Below the pieces are notes generated by a model. The model was not told where the DNA came from, did not search any database, and saw only the letters and a program-made list of their open reading frames with translations. The translations under genes and the position numbers were made by a program. From Macrostomum lignano (lineage: Eukaryota): a stretch of DNA of 63,967 bases. This document shows positions 41,299 through 52,300 of the stretch, piece after piece. The DNA lies in assembly GCA_002269645.1 (NCBI GenBank), contig NIVC01004024.1:1-63967 (forward strand), read 5' to 3'. How positions within the stretch are numbered: position 1 is the stretch's first letter; each line of letters begins with the position of its first letter.

Positions 41299-42023
41299 TC
41301 ACCTCCACTCTCTCCCTCACACCTCCACTCTCTCCCTCTCACCTCCACTCTCTCCCTCTCACCTCCACCCTCTCCCTTTCACATCTCTGATCTCCCTCTC
41401 ACATCCACTCTCTCCCTCTAACCTCCACCCTCTCCCTTTCACATCTCTGATATCCCTCTCACATCCACTCTCTCCCTCTCACCTCCACCCTCTCCCTTTC
41501 ACATCTCTGATCTCCCTCTCACATCCACTCTCTCCCTCTCACCTCCACCCTCTCCCTTTCACATCTCTGATCTCCCTCTCACATCCACTCTCTCCCTCTC
41601 ACCTCCACCCTCTCCCTTTCACATCTCTGATCTCCCTTTCACATCCACTCTCTCCCTCTCACCTCCACCCTCTCCCTTTCACATCTCTGATCTCCCTCTC
41701 ACATCCACTCTCTCCCTCTCACCTCCACCCTCTCCCTTTCACATCTCTGATCTCCCTCTCACATCCACTCTCTCCCTCTCACCTCCACCCTCTCCCTTTC
41801 ACATCTCTGATCTCCCTCTCACATCCACTCTCTCCCTCTCACCTCCACCCTCTCCCTTTCACATCTCTGATCTCCCTCTCACATCCACTCTCTCCCTCTC
41901 ACCTCCACCCTCTCCCTTTCACATCTCTGATCTCCCTCTCACATCCACTCTCTCCCTCTCACCTCCACCCTCTCCCTTTCATATCTCTGATCTCCCTCTC
42001 AAATCCACTCTCTCCCTCTCACC

Positions 42024-42068
<45 letters not shown>

Positions 42069-45000
42069 TCACCTCCACTCTCTCCCTCACACCTCCACTC
42101 TCTCCCTCTCACCTCCACTCTCTCCCTCTCACCTCCACCCTATCCCTTTCACATCTCTGATCTTCCTCTCACATCCACTCTCTCCCTCTCACCTCCACCC
42201 TCTCCCTTTCACATCTCTGATCTCCCTCTCACATCCACTCTCTCCCTCTAACCTCCACCCTATCCCTTTCACATCTCTGATATCCCTCTCACATCCACTC
42301 TCTCCCTCTCACCTCCACCCTCTCCCTTTCACATCTCTGATATCCCTCTCAAATCCACTCTCTCCCTCTCACCTCCACCCTCTCCCTTTCACATCTCTGA
42401 TATCCCTCTCACATCCACTCTCTCCCTCTCACCTCCACCCTCTCCCTTTCACATCTCTGATCTCCCTTTCACATCCACTCTCTCCCTCTCACCTCCACCC
42501 TCTCCCTTTCACATCTCTGATCTCCCTCTCACATCCACTCTCTCCCTCTCACCTCCACCCTCTCCCTTTCACATCTCTGATCTCCCTCTCACATCCACTC
42601 TCTCCCTCTCACCTCCACCCTCTCCCTTTCACATCTCTGATCTCCCTCTCACATCCACTCTCTCCCTCTCACCTCCACCCTCTCCCTTTCACATCTCTGA
42701 TCTCCCTCTCACATCCACTCTCTCCCTCTCACCTCCACCCTCTCCCTTTCATCTCTCTCTCTCCTCTCTCTCCACTCTCTCCCTCTCACCTCCACTCTCT
42801 CCCTCACTCTCTCTCTCTCTCTCCTCTCTCACCTCCACTCTCTCCCTCTCACCTCCACCCTATCCCTTTCACATCTCTGATCTCTCCCTCTCACATCCAC
42901 TCTCTCCCTCTCACCTCCACCCTCTCCCTTTCACATCTCTGATCTCCCTCTCACATCCACTCTCTCCCTCTCACCTCCACCCTCTCCCTTTCACATCTCT
43001 GATATCCCTCTCACATCCACTCTCTCCCTCTCACCTCCACCCTCTCCCTTTCACATCTCTGATATCCCTCTCACATCCACTCTCTCCCTCTCACCTCCAC
43101 CCTCTCCCTTTCACATCTCTGATATCCCTCTCAAATCCACTCTCTCCCTCTCACCTCCACTCTCTCTCTCTCACCTCTACTCTCTCCCTCTCACCTCCAC
43201 TCTCTCCCTCTCACCTCCACTCTCTCTCTCACCTCCACTCTCCCTCTCACCTCCACTCTCTCTCTCTCATCTCCACTCTCTCCCTCTCACCTCCACTCTC
43301 TCCCTCTCACCTCCACTCTCTCCCTCACACCTCCACTCTCTCCCTCTCACCTCCACTCTCTCCCTCTCACCTCCACTCTCTCCCTCTCACCTCCACTCTC
43401 TCCCTCTCACCTCCACTCTCTCCCTCTCACCTCCACTCTCTCCCTCACACCTCCACTCTCTCCCTCTCACCTCCACTCTCTCCCTCTCACCTCCACTCTC
43501 TCCCTCTCACCTCCACTCTCTCCCTCTCACCTCCACTCTCTCCCTCACACCTCCACTCTCTCCCTCTCACCTCCACTCTCTCCCTCTCACCTCCACTCTC
43601 TCCCTCACACCTCCACTCTCTCACCTCTCTCTCCCTCTCACCTCCACTCTCTACCTCCACTGACCCCTCTCACAAATCGCAGTGAGCTTTCTCAGCTCCA
43701 GCCGCACATTTGCTTCATGCAGTGTCACTGGCAGCCCGTATCTGGGCCTGTGTCAATGACGCGGCAAGCAGGCTTAACGGGAAATGGCTGAAAAATGTAA
43801 AGATAATTAGGATCTGAGAGAGATATTCATGATCCTTGCTTGGCTCCCGTACTGAGATTTTCCCGCGGGGTCCCTGGGCGGCTCTTCATCTGAAATATTG
43901 ATGCAGAAACAACGAATCTGCGAAGCCGCTTGGGACTCGCCTGAGCTGCTCGGCATGGCTGGCTGCCCTCGGATGCGCTGTGGGAGTTGGGATATGATTA
44001 GTGCAGGCTGATCCTCGTGCGATCCGAAACTCGCCTGTCCTGCCTGCTGCTTGAGAACTGGCTCCGGTTTCGGATCTGACAGCTGGTGGGTTCTGATTAG
44101 GTCAGATCTTGGGGTCAGATTAGGTCAGATCTTGGGGTCAGATCAGATCAGATCTTGGTGTCAGATCAGGTCAGATCTTGGGGTCAGATCAGGTCAGATC
44201 TTGGGGTCAGATCAGGTCAGATCTGGTGGGTCAGATCAGGTCAGATTTGTAGGGTCAGATCAGGTCAGATCTTGGGGTCAGATCAGGTCAGATTTGGAGG
44301 GTCAGATCAGGTCAGACTGTCGCCACCAACTCTCCCAAAATTCTCGCTCCAGCGTGGCCGTCGTCCTCGGAGGCGGCAACATCGACACGACTGTTCTCGG
44401 CCGGGTCATCGAGCGCGGCTTGGCCGTGGACGGCCGCCTGATCCACTTCGTGGCCACGGTGTCCGACCGGCCCGGCGGCATCGCCGAGTGCAGCTCCCTG
44501 CTGGCCGGCATGGGCGTCTCCATCAAGGATATCTTCCACGAGAGGGCCTGGCTGAAGTACGACATCTTCCAGGTCAACCTGCGGTGAGCGAGACTGGGAC
44601 TGGGATCAGTTAGACTGGGATTGGGATCAGTTAGACTGGGATTGGGATCAGTTAGGGTGGGATTGGGATCAGTTAGACTGGGATTGGAATCAGTTAGACT
44701 GGGACTGGGATCAGTTAGACTGGGATTGGGATCAGTTAGACTGGGATTGGAATCAGTTAGACAGGGATTGGGATCACTTAGGGTGGGACTGGGATTAGTT
44801 AGACTGGGATTGGGATCAGTTAGGGTGGGATTGGGATGAGTTAGACTGGGACTGGGATCAGTTAGACTGGGATTGGGATCAGTTAGGGTGGGATTGGGAT
44901 CAGTTAGACTGGGATTGGAATCAGTTAGACAGGGATTGGGATCACTTAGGGTGGGACTGGGATTAGTTAGACTGGGATTGGGATGAGTTAGACTGGGATT

Positions 45001-45302
45001 GGGATCAGTTAGGGTGGGATTGGGATGAGTTAGACTGGGACTGGGATCAGTTAGACTGAGATTGGGATGAGTTAGTTTGGTATTGGGATCTGAAGGGATA
45101 GGAGAACCTTACAGCTGAGAGAAACTCAGCACAAGGTGTCTGTGAGCCCCTGTATCCCCAGATCCCGCTAATAATTTCCCCTCTCAACGCCGGCCTCCCG
45201 CGCGGCAGCTGCGTGTGCGAGGTTCGAGACCGGGAGCACGGCGAGGAGCTGCTGGCCAAGCTGAAGGAGCACTACGGGCCCGGCTCGGTGAGGCAGATCT
45301 GA
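36880..45302 (+). CDS. PLP-dependent L-threonine/serine ammonia-lyase (dehydratase/serine racemase-like) with a C-terminal ACT domain, 7 exons, ~522 aa
   Basis: Exons: 36880-37305, 37700-37816, 38327-38568, 38676-38841, 40091-40383, 44353-44583, 45209-45302; all phase-consistent. Motifs: PLP-Lys [48 protein letters not shown], and [25 protein letters not shown]. Confidence 0.93.
37370..37510 (+). mobile_element. tRNA-derived SINE-like element, copy 4, with an intact Pol III head
   Basis: A box TGGCTCAGTGG (37377-37387) and B box GGTTCGATTC (37420-37429). The head resembles tRNA-Glu (CTCTC..GGCCC..GGTTCGATTC) but its stems are broken. The downstream body aligns with copy 2 (GTGC..CACATT.ATTTG...CTGA; GGAGTC.G.GGAATGGGCAG). 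Confidence 0.75.
38000..38260. repeat. (TGTCC)n pentanucleotide repeat
   Basis: Dehydratase intron 2. Confidence 0.93.
38897..40074. repeat. 15-17-bp mixed minisatellite (GACACCTGACCCCAA / GACACAGCTGACCCCAG)
   Basis: Dehydratase intron 4. Confidence 0.96.
40441..43670. repeat. CT-rich compound repeat: (CT)n tracts, a 20-bp CTCTCACCTCCACTCTCTCC unit and a 60-bp higher-order unit
   Basis: About 3.2 kb of almost pure pyrimidine strand in dehydratase intron 5; a 60-bp period is visible as identical consecutive sequence lines. Confidence 0.96.
44095..44315. repeat. ~23-bp repeat (GGTCAGATCTTGGGGTCAGATCA)
   Basis: 3' end of dehydratase intron 5. Confidence 0.9.
44595..45070. repeat. 21-bp intronic minisatellite (GGGATCAGTTAGACTGGGATT)
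   Basis: About 22 units in dehydratase intron 6. Confidence 0.94.
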
Positions 45303-45607
45303 CGGCAGCTGGTCGAAATTATGAAGCACTTCGTTGACTCGCTTGTTTTCTGCTGATAAACTGCTCATTCTGTAATTTTATTGCTTCTAGAAGACAAGCC
45401 AGATTTTTGTTGCTTTTCATGCTTCAATATATTAACCGCCTCTTACACTTTGCTTTGCAAACTTTCATTGCGCACCGGCCATCACTGTATCTTCATACTC
45501 CACTTTATATTCACTAGCTGATTGGAGGTTGAATTAAATTTGGTCCGCCATCAAAATTGCTGCATTCAATTTTCGTTTGCTATTTTGTCCATTCAGTGCT
45601 GGACTTG

Positions 45608-46045
45608 GGGCAAGGCAGAGGGGAGCCGAGAGTACTGGGGAGGGCAAGGCAGAGCTGAGAGTACTGGGGAGGGCAAGGCAGAGGGGAGCCGAGAGTACTG
45701 GGGAGGGCAAGGAAGAGCTGAGAGTACTGGGGAGGGCAAGGCAGAGGGGAGCCGAGAGTACTGGGGAGGGCAAGGCAGAGGGGAGCCGAGAGTACTGGGG
45801 AGGGCAAGGCAGAGGGGAGCCGAGAGTACTGGGAGGGCAAGGCAGAGGGGAGCCGAGAGTACTGGGGAGGGCAAGGCAGAGGGGAGCCGAGAGTACTGGG
45901 GAGGGCAAGGCAGAGGGGAGCCGAGAGTACTGGGGAGGGCAAGGCAGAGGGGAGCCGAGAGTACTGGGGAGGGCAAGGCAGAGGGGAGCCGAGAGTACTG
46001 GGGAGGGCAAGGCAGAGGGGAGCCGAGAGTACTGGGGAGGGCAAG
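45608..46045. repeat. 34-bp G-rich minisatellite (GGGCAAGGCAGAGGGGAGCCGAGAGTACTGGGGA)
   Basis: About 13 units, intergenic. Confidence 0.95.
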
Positions 46046-46340
46046 GCTATTGCCAGTTGGAAAGCTCGGCAGGTGTTTGACATTCAGCTATGATGAGGCC
46101 GCCCAAGGATAATGGCTTGAGCTCGAAAAAATTGCACTGAAATTGCCTGCTAACCCCAGCTCACGCCATCGCCATATATGGAAGTGCAGTGAGCAGCCTG
46201 TGCTCAGCGGAGCTGGGCCGGTAGCGCCTGTTTGGGTTGCTGCTCAGGGATTCGCTGCTGCTCAACTGCCAGGGTGCTTAAATCCCCGACCCGATCTGGG
46301 GGCACCGAGAGGAGAAGCTGACCCGACCGAGTCCCAAGCC

Positions 46341-49300
46341 ATGCCGATGCTCGTGAAGCTCATCTTCCCGCTGCTGCTGCTCCACTGCTGCAGCTGCTGG
46401 CGAGTCCACAGCAGCTGGCCGCCATCGCCTGCCGCAGTCGGCGAGACCAACTCGCTGAGGATGGCGAATGAGGTTCGGGCGCTGATGAGTCAGCTGCGAG
46501 ACTGGAGGCGAAGTTACACTGACAGTCGATTGCTGGGGCTGGAGCCCCGAGCCACTGGGCTTCTCCTGCCGTTGAAGTGAGGGACTCGATTCTCCATGCT
46601 GCTCCACCCCCCTCCTCAAATCCCTGCCGCTTCACTCCCCTCATATCCCTGCCGCTTCACCCCCCTCATATCCCTGCCGCTTCACTCCCCCTCATATCCC
46701 TGCCGCTTCACTCCCCCTCATATCCCTGCCGCTTCACACCCCCCCTTCATTTCCCTGCCGCTTCATCCCCCCTCATATCTGTAGAGAGCGAAGCCGAGAG
46801 AGAGAAAGTTATGCGTTGTGTGTAGCCGATAAAGCCTCAATCCATTGTAGGCTCTGTGCGATCGATTTATATATTTAGCAGCGACCCTGCAGTTGAGACT
46901 GCGTACATTAAAAACAGAAAGCCAAGAATATTGGATGTACATCGGAAATGCACACCAGGACTAAAAACACTTATTATGCAAGCACTGGGCAGCAGGTGCC
47001 TACAATTCTCCCCAACCAGAGAGATCTCAGGGGATAAAAAAACGAGCTCAATTACTCAGTTACTACTGGCCCAAACCCCAAAGCAATCAAAGCGGCCCGC
47101 CCACGCACAAAAACCCTAGGATCACAATTTGTAGCTGAGCACTCTGTTACGGGCAGCTCTTGGATGTTCTCGCGTGGCGATGCTACCGCTGGGTAGACCG
47201 GCGGGCTCTCCGGCAGGCTGGCCGGCAGGTTCGCCGGCAGGCTGGCCGGCAGGCTCTCCGGCCAGGGGCCGCAGCTGCGAGACGTGGCGCATGCAGGACT
47301 GTTCGCCGCGTTGCAGGACACACGTGTCTCCCTGGACCTGCTTGACTGTCCAAGGATGTGGCTCGAACGGCAGCTGCAGTTTGTTACGTGGCTGCTTCTT
47401 TCGCAGAACTTTGTTGCCGACTCTGACGCCGTGCTCCTTGACACCCTTGCGATCATCGAACCGCGCCTTCATGTCTTGGACATAGTTTCTGTGCCAGCTC
47501 TGCACCTCTTCATGGTTAACGTCGATGAGCTGTGATGGTTTGATGGTCGGGATGCCGTCGTTCATCGTCCTGCCCATGAGTAGCTCAGCAGGTGCGCGGC
47601 CGGTCGCTCGATGTGGTGTCGTGCGGAACGCCAACAGCCAGTCCTCGATAGCCTCCCGCCAGTTACGACCTTCGGCCACTGCCGTCTGAATCACTTTCCC
47701 GATGCTGCGGTTGACTCGCTCCGTCGCTCCGCTGGATTCTGGGTGCAGCGGGCAGATGAGGCGGTGGTGAATGCCGTACGAAGCGAGGAAGCTGCGGAAA
47801 GCTGCCGAGCTGAATGGCGGGCCGTTGTCGGTGACCACCTCAATCGGGACGCCGTATCTGCCGAACAGCCTCCGCAGGTGGGGGGTCACGTTCTCCGCCG
47901 TCGTCGAGTTGAGAAAATTGACTTCTGGGTATTTTGAATACAAGTCGGTGGTGACCAGGAGCATCTGGCCCTGCACTGGGCCGTAGAAATCCATACCAGG
48001 TACCTAGTAGCAGCCAGGCACCGTCCGGAATATCTGTCGGCCTCAATGGTGTCTGTCGCAATCCGGTGGCCGCAGCCTGGCACAGTGTGCAGCACTGGAC
48101 GAAGAGCTCGCAGTCGCTGCGCATCCGAGGCCACCACACCTTCGTCTGCAGGTCAGCCGGGTTGGTCGAGCCTGGCCGGTAGAGCAGGTTGAAGCGGAGA
48201 TGCTGAATGCGCAGTGCCATTCGCTCGATCCGCGGTGGCAGACGGGAGCCAGGCTTGAAAAGCGGCACGAGCGGTCGGTGGTCCGTCACCACGGTGAAGT
48301 CTGGGTCGCCAGCCAGATAGTGCTCAAACTTGAGACACCCAAATTTAATGGCCAACGCCTCCCGCTCGATCTGCGCGTACCGCTGCTCCACCGGCGAGAG
48401 GGCTCTGCTGGCGTAGGCGACGGGTCTGCTGTTGCCGTCTGGCTGCCGCTGCGTGAGGATGGCGCCGAGGCCGATCGGCGATGCGTCCACCAGGAGCTCC
48501 GTGTGCAGCCTGCGGTCGAAAAAGGCCAGCGTGTCCGCGTCTGAGAATGCCTTCTTGATGCCGTTAAACGCCGCTGTGTGTTTTTCTGTCCACTCCCAGG
48601 CTTGGCCCTTCTTCGTTAGCTGCCGGAGTGGGGCCGCGAGGTCAGCGAAGTTCGGGATGAACTTTGCCAGGAAGTTAGCGGTTCCCAGGAAAGAGCGGAC
48701 GTCGGCCACGTTGGAGGGCTCTCGGAAGTTCTGCATGGCGTCAATTTTCTCGGTGGCCGGTTGCATGCCCCGGGCGGTCAGGCGCATCCCAAGAAACTCG
48801 ACAGTCGGCCGGGCGAACCTGCACTTGCCCTGATTGAGGGTGATCCCGAACTCTCGGAGGCGCTGAAGGCAGGCGTCCAGCCTCTCATGGTGCTGCTTCA
48901 GGTCGGAGGCGTACACCACCACGTCGTCGTGCGCCCACCGGACGCCGTCGATGCCGCTGAGGATGCCAAGCATGACTCGTTGAAGGATTTCCGAGGCATT
49001 TGTGAACCCCATGCTGAGCCTCTTGAGCCGCATCAGTCCGAGGGGCGTGCTGAAGGTGAAGAGGTGACGGCTGCTCTCGTGGACTGGGATCTGATAAAAA
49101 GCCTTCCGGATATCGAGTTCGCTGAACAGCTTGGCGTCTGCCATTTCCTCGGTGATTTCATCCAGCGTGGGGATTTGCTGCTTCTCTGGGATGACGAAAG
49201 CGTTGAGATCACGGAGGTCCTGGCAGATTCGAACGCCACCGTCGTCCTTGGGCACCACCACCATGCGTGACACCCAGGCGCTAGGACCTTTGACTGCCTC

Positions 49301-52300
49301 AATGATGCCCTGCTCCTCCAAAGCCTTGAGCTCATCAACTACGGCCTCTTTCAGGTGCGCCGCCACACGTGAGGGCGCCTGGCAGACTGGAACAGCGTCA
49401 TCGGACAGCTGGATCTGGACCTCTACACCCTTGATGCAGCCGATGCCGTTGAAGACTTCTTTGTGCCTCTGCAGGATGGCCTTGAGCTGGGGGTCGCTAC
49501 ACTGCTCGGAGGGTGTGGTGTCGGCGATGGCGTTTATGTTTTGCGGCTTGGTAGCTTCAGGTCGCTGGATCTTCAGCACTCCTAGCTTGAATGCGGGCTG
49601 ACGCCCCAGTATCGTCAGGCCGTCGCCGTCCATGATGTGGAAGGTCGCGGTTGTTCTGGCAGATTCCACTTGGATGTCAAGATCGGCGGTACCCACAATC
49701 CTGAGAGGTGTCGGTACCCCGTAGGCGCGAACTTCGGCTCTTGTTGGGCGTGGGCTTGGCAGGCTGAGCGCTCTGAAGGTGCCGAGACTCATGATACTGC
49801 AGCTGGCTCCGCTGTCAATCATCATGGGAAGCTGCCGGTTTGCCACCTGCACAGTCAGTGAGACGTCGGATGGGTATTTGTCGCGGTTGTACAGCGCAAA
49901 CACATCCTCGTTGACGGAGCCGTCGGCAGCTGTGAATACAGCATTGGTGCTGATTTGCTGCTGTGGAATCCGGCTGCTGTTTGACTGCCGAGGCTGACGG
50001 CAGGCAAGAGCGAGGTGGTTGGGCTTACCGCAGTTGTGGCAGATCTTGCCCTTGGCAGCGTCGCAGGTAGCGTGGCCTTTCTCGCCGCAGCGGTAGCAGG
50101 TGCGCTGCTGCTGGTCGCCGGGCCTGCTGGTCGTCTGAGCCGGGCCACGCCTGTTCGTTCTCACCTTGTCGCCCTTGGCAACGCTGGCCACGTGCGAGTC
50201 TGTCTTCTCCATCTCCGTGGCTTGTTCCTCTGCAGCCTCGAATGCCCTCGCCTTTCGCAAGGCCTCTTCCAAGCTGATGTTCGCCTCCTGAAGCAGCCGC
50301 CTGCGCAGCTTGTCAGAGCTGCAGGTTGCCACGAGCTGGTCTCTGATGAGCGAGTCCTTCAGCTGCTCGAAGTCGCACGGCTCTGCCGCAGTGCGCAGTC
50401 TGGCGTACCAGGATTCGATGGACTCTCCGGTGGCCTGGGTGCATAGGCGGAACTGATATCTGGCGAATACTATGTTTTTTTCTTCCGTTGAAGAATGTCT
50501 TCAAAGCGTCCAGCGTCTGCTTGAGGGTGACTTGGCCGTCCTCTGTGGCCGCTGCAGGCTTGGCCTCCTCGCGGATGATGTCGGCGATTTCCTTGCCTGC
50601 TGTGTAGCTGAGTAGTTTGCACTTTTGCTTCTCGTTGGTGATGCCTGATGCATCGATGAAGTCTTCAAAGCGGTCCGCCCATTGACTCCAGCGCTTGCCC
50701 GCGTTGTGTGGGTCTGCTGATACTGAGAATGGCTCAGGTGGGGGCAGTGAGAGAAAGTTGGCTGCCATGATTTGCTTACCGCGCGGTAGGCGGCTTGCGA
50801 CGCCACTGTAGAGAGCGAAGCCGAGAGAGAGAAAGTTATGCGTTGTGTGTAGCCGATAAAGCCTCAATCCATTGTAGGCTCTGTGCGATCGATTTATATA
50901 TTTAGCAGCGACCCTGCAGTTGAGACTGCGTACATTAAAAACAGAAAGCCAAGAATATTGGATGTACATCGGAAATGCACACCAGGACTAAAAACACTTA
51001 TGCAAGCACTGGGCAGCAGGTGCCTACAATATCCCTGCCACTCCACCCCCCCCCCTCATATCCCTGCCGCTTCACTCCCCTCATATCCCTGCCGCTTCAC
51101 TCCCCCTCATATCCCTGCCGCTTCACTCCCCCTCATATCCCTGCCGCTTCACCCTCCCTCATATCCCTGCCGCTCCACTCCCCCCTCATATCCCTGCCGC
51201 TTCACTCCCCCTCATATCCCTGCCGCTTCACTCCCCCTCATATCCCTGCCGCTTCACCCCCCTCATATCCCTGCCGCTTCACTCCCCCTCATATCCCTGC
51301 CGCTTCACTCCCCCTCATATCCCTGCCGCTTCACCCCCCTCATATCCCTGCCGCTTCACCCCCCTCATATCCCTGCCGCTTCACTCCCCCTCATATCCCT
51401 GCCGCTTCACTCCCCTCATATCCCTGCCGCTTCACCCCCCCCTCATATCCCTGCCGCTTCACTCCCCCTCATATCCCTGCCGCTTCACCCCCTCATATCC
51501 CTGCCGCTTCACTCCCCCTCATATCCCTGCCGCTCCACTCCCCCTCATATCCCTGCCGCTCCACCCCCCCCCCCTCATATCCCTGCCGCTTCACTCCCCC
51601 TCATATCCCTGCCGCTTCACTCCCCCTCATATCCCTGCCGCTTCACTCCCCCTCATATCGCTGCCGCTTCATCCCCCCTCATATCCCTGCCGCTTCACCC
51701 CCCTCATATCCCTGCCGCTTCACTCCCCCTCATATCCCTGCTGCTTCACCCCCTCATATCGCTGCCGCTTCATCCCCCCTCATATCCCTGCCGCTTCACT
51801 CCCCTCATATCCCTGCTGCTTCACCCCCCCCCTCATATCCCTGCCGCTTCACTCCCCCTCATATCCCTGCCGCTTCACCCCCACCCAATTTTCCAGAACC
51901 TGCTGAACCTCAAGAAAAGTTACTCAGGCAAACTGCTCTTTCAGAATCAGAGATAAAATCCAAAGAGCATATAAGCAACTGCCCAAAGGCGCCCTCTACT
52001 CTCATAAATCTGCACTCGCGCAGATCAATCTGATTTGATTCCGCGTGCAGAGTTGCCAATGTTGCACTCGCAATCGTGCAGAATCGTGCCAATGCTTTTA
52101 ATCAAAGACTGCAGAGTCAGATGAGAATGAGAGATGTCAGATGATAAAATCAGATGAGAATGAGATTCATTCACGCTAAAGAGTGAGCGCACTCGTTGCT
52201 TTTGCCAATGACCCACTCGATACAGTTCTGGAGCCGCTCCAGTCATCCCAAGCTCAACCCAGTTGGTTTTCGAGCAGTTGCCAGATCAAGAGCTCAATAA

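Larger units (their letters stand above)
46605..51880. repeat. ~26-bp minisatellite (CTCATATCCCTGCCGCTTCACTCCCC), split by the gypsy insertion into 46605-46779 and 51029-51880
   Basis: Same unit on both flanks; the TSD ATATC is part of the unit. Confidence 0.93.

Noticed and set aside
36880-45302. Horizontal transfer of a bacterial ilvA/tdcB
   Set aside because: It has six spliceosomal introns and host-like codon usage, and invertebrates are known to have this dehydratase/serine-racemase-like family with an ACT domain.
46480-46520. CTGATGA hammerhead-like core (also near 28792 and 36717)
   Set aside because: No stem II followed by GAAA and no closing stems; the 46484 site is within coding sequence.
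50465-50485. Programmed ribosomal frameshift at AGA AAA AAA C in gag
   Set aside because: Continuation needs +1, not -1 (the -1 frame hits TAG at once), and the site is mid-capsid, before the Zn knuckles. A simple extra A is more likely.
51897-52033. Alternative middle exon of the candidate prepropeptide after TTTTCCAG
   Set aside because: In the phase set by the 46576 donor it stops after three codons, and its codon usage is unlike host exons.
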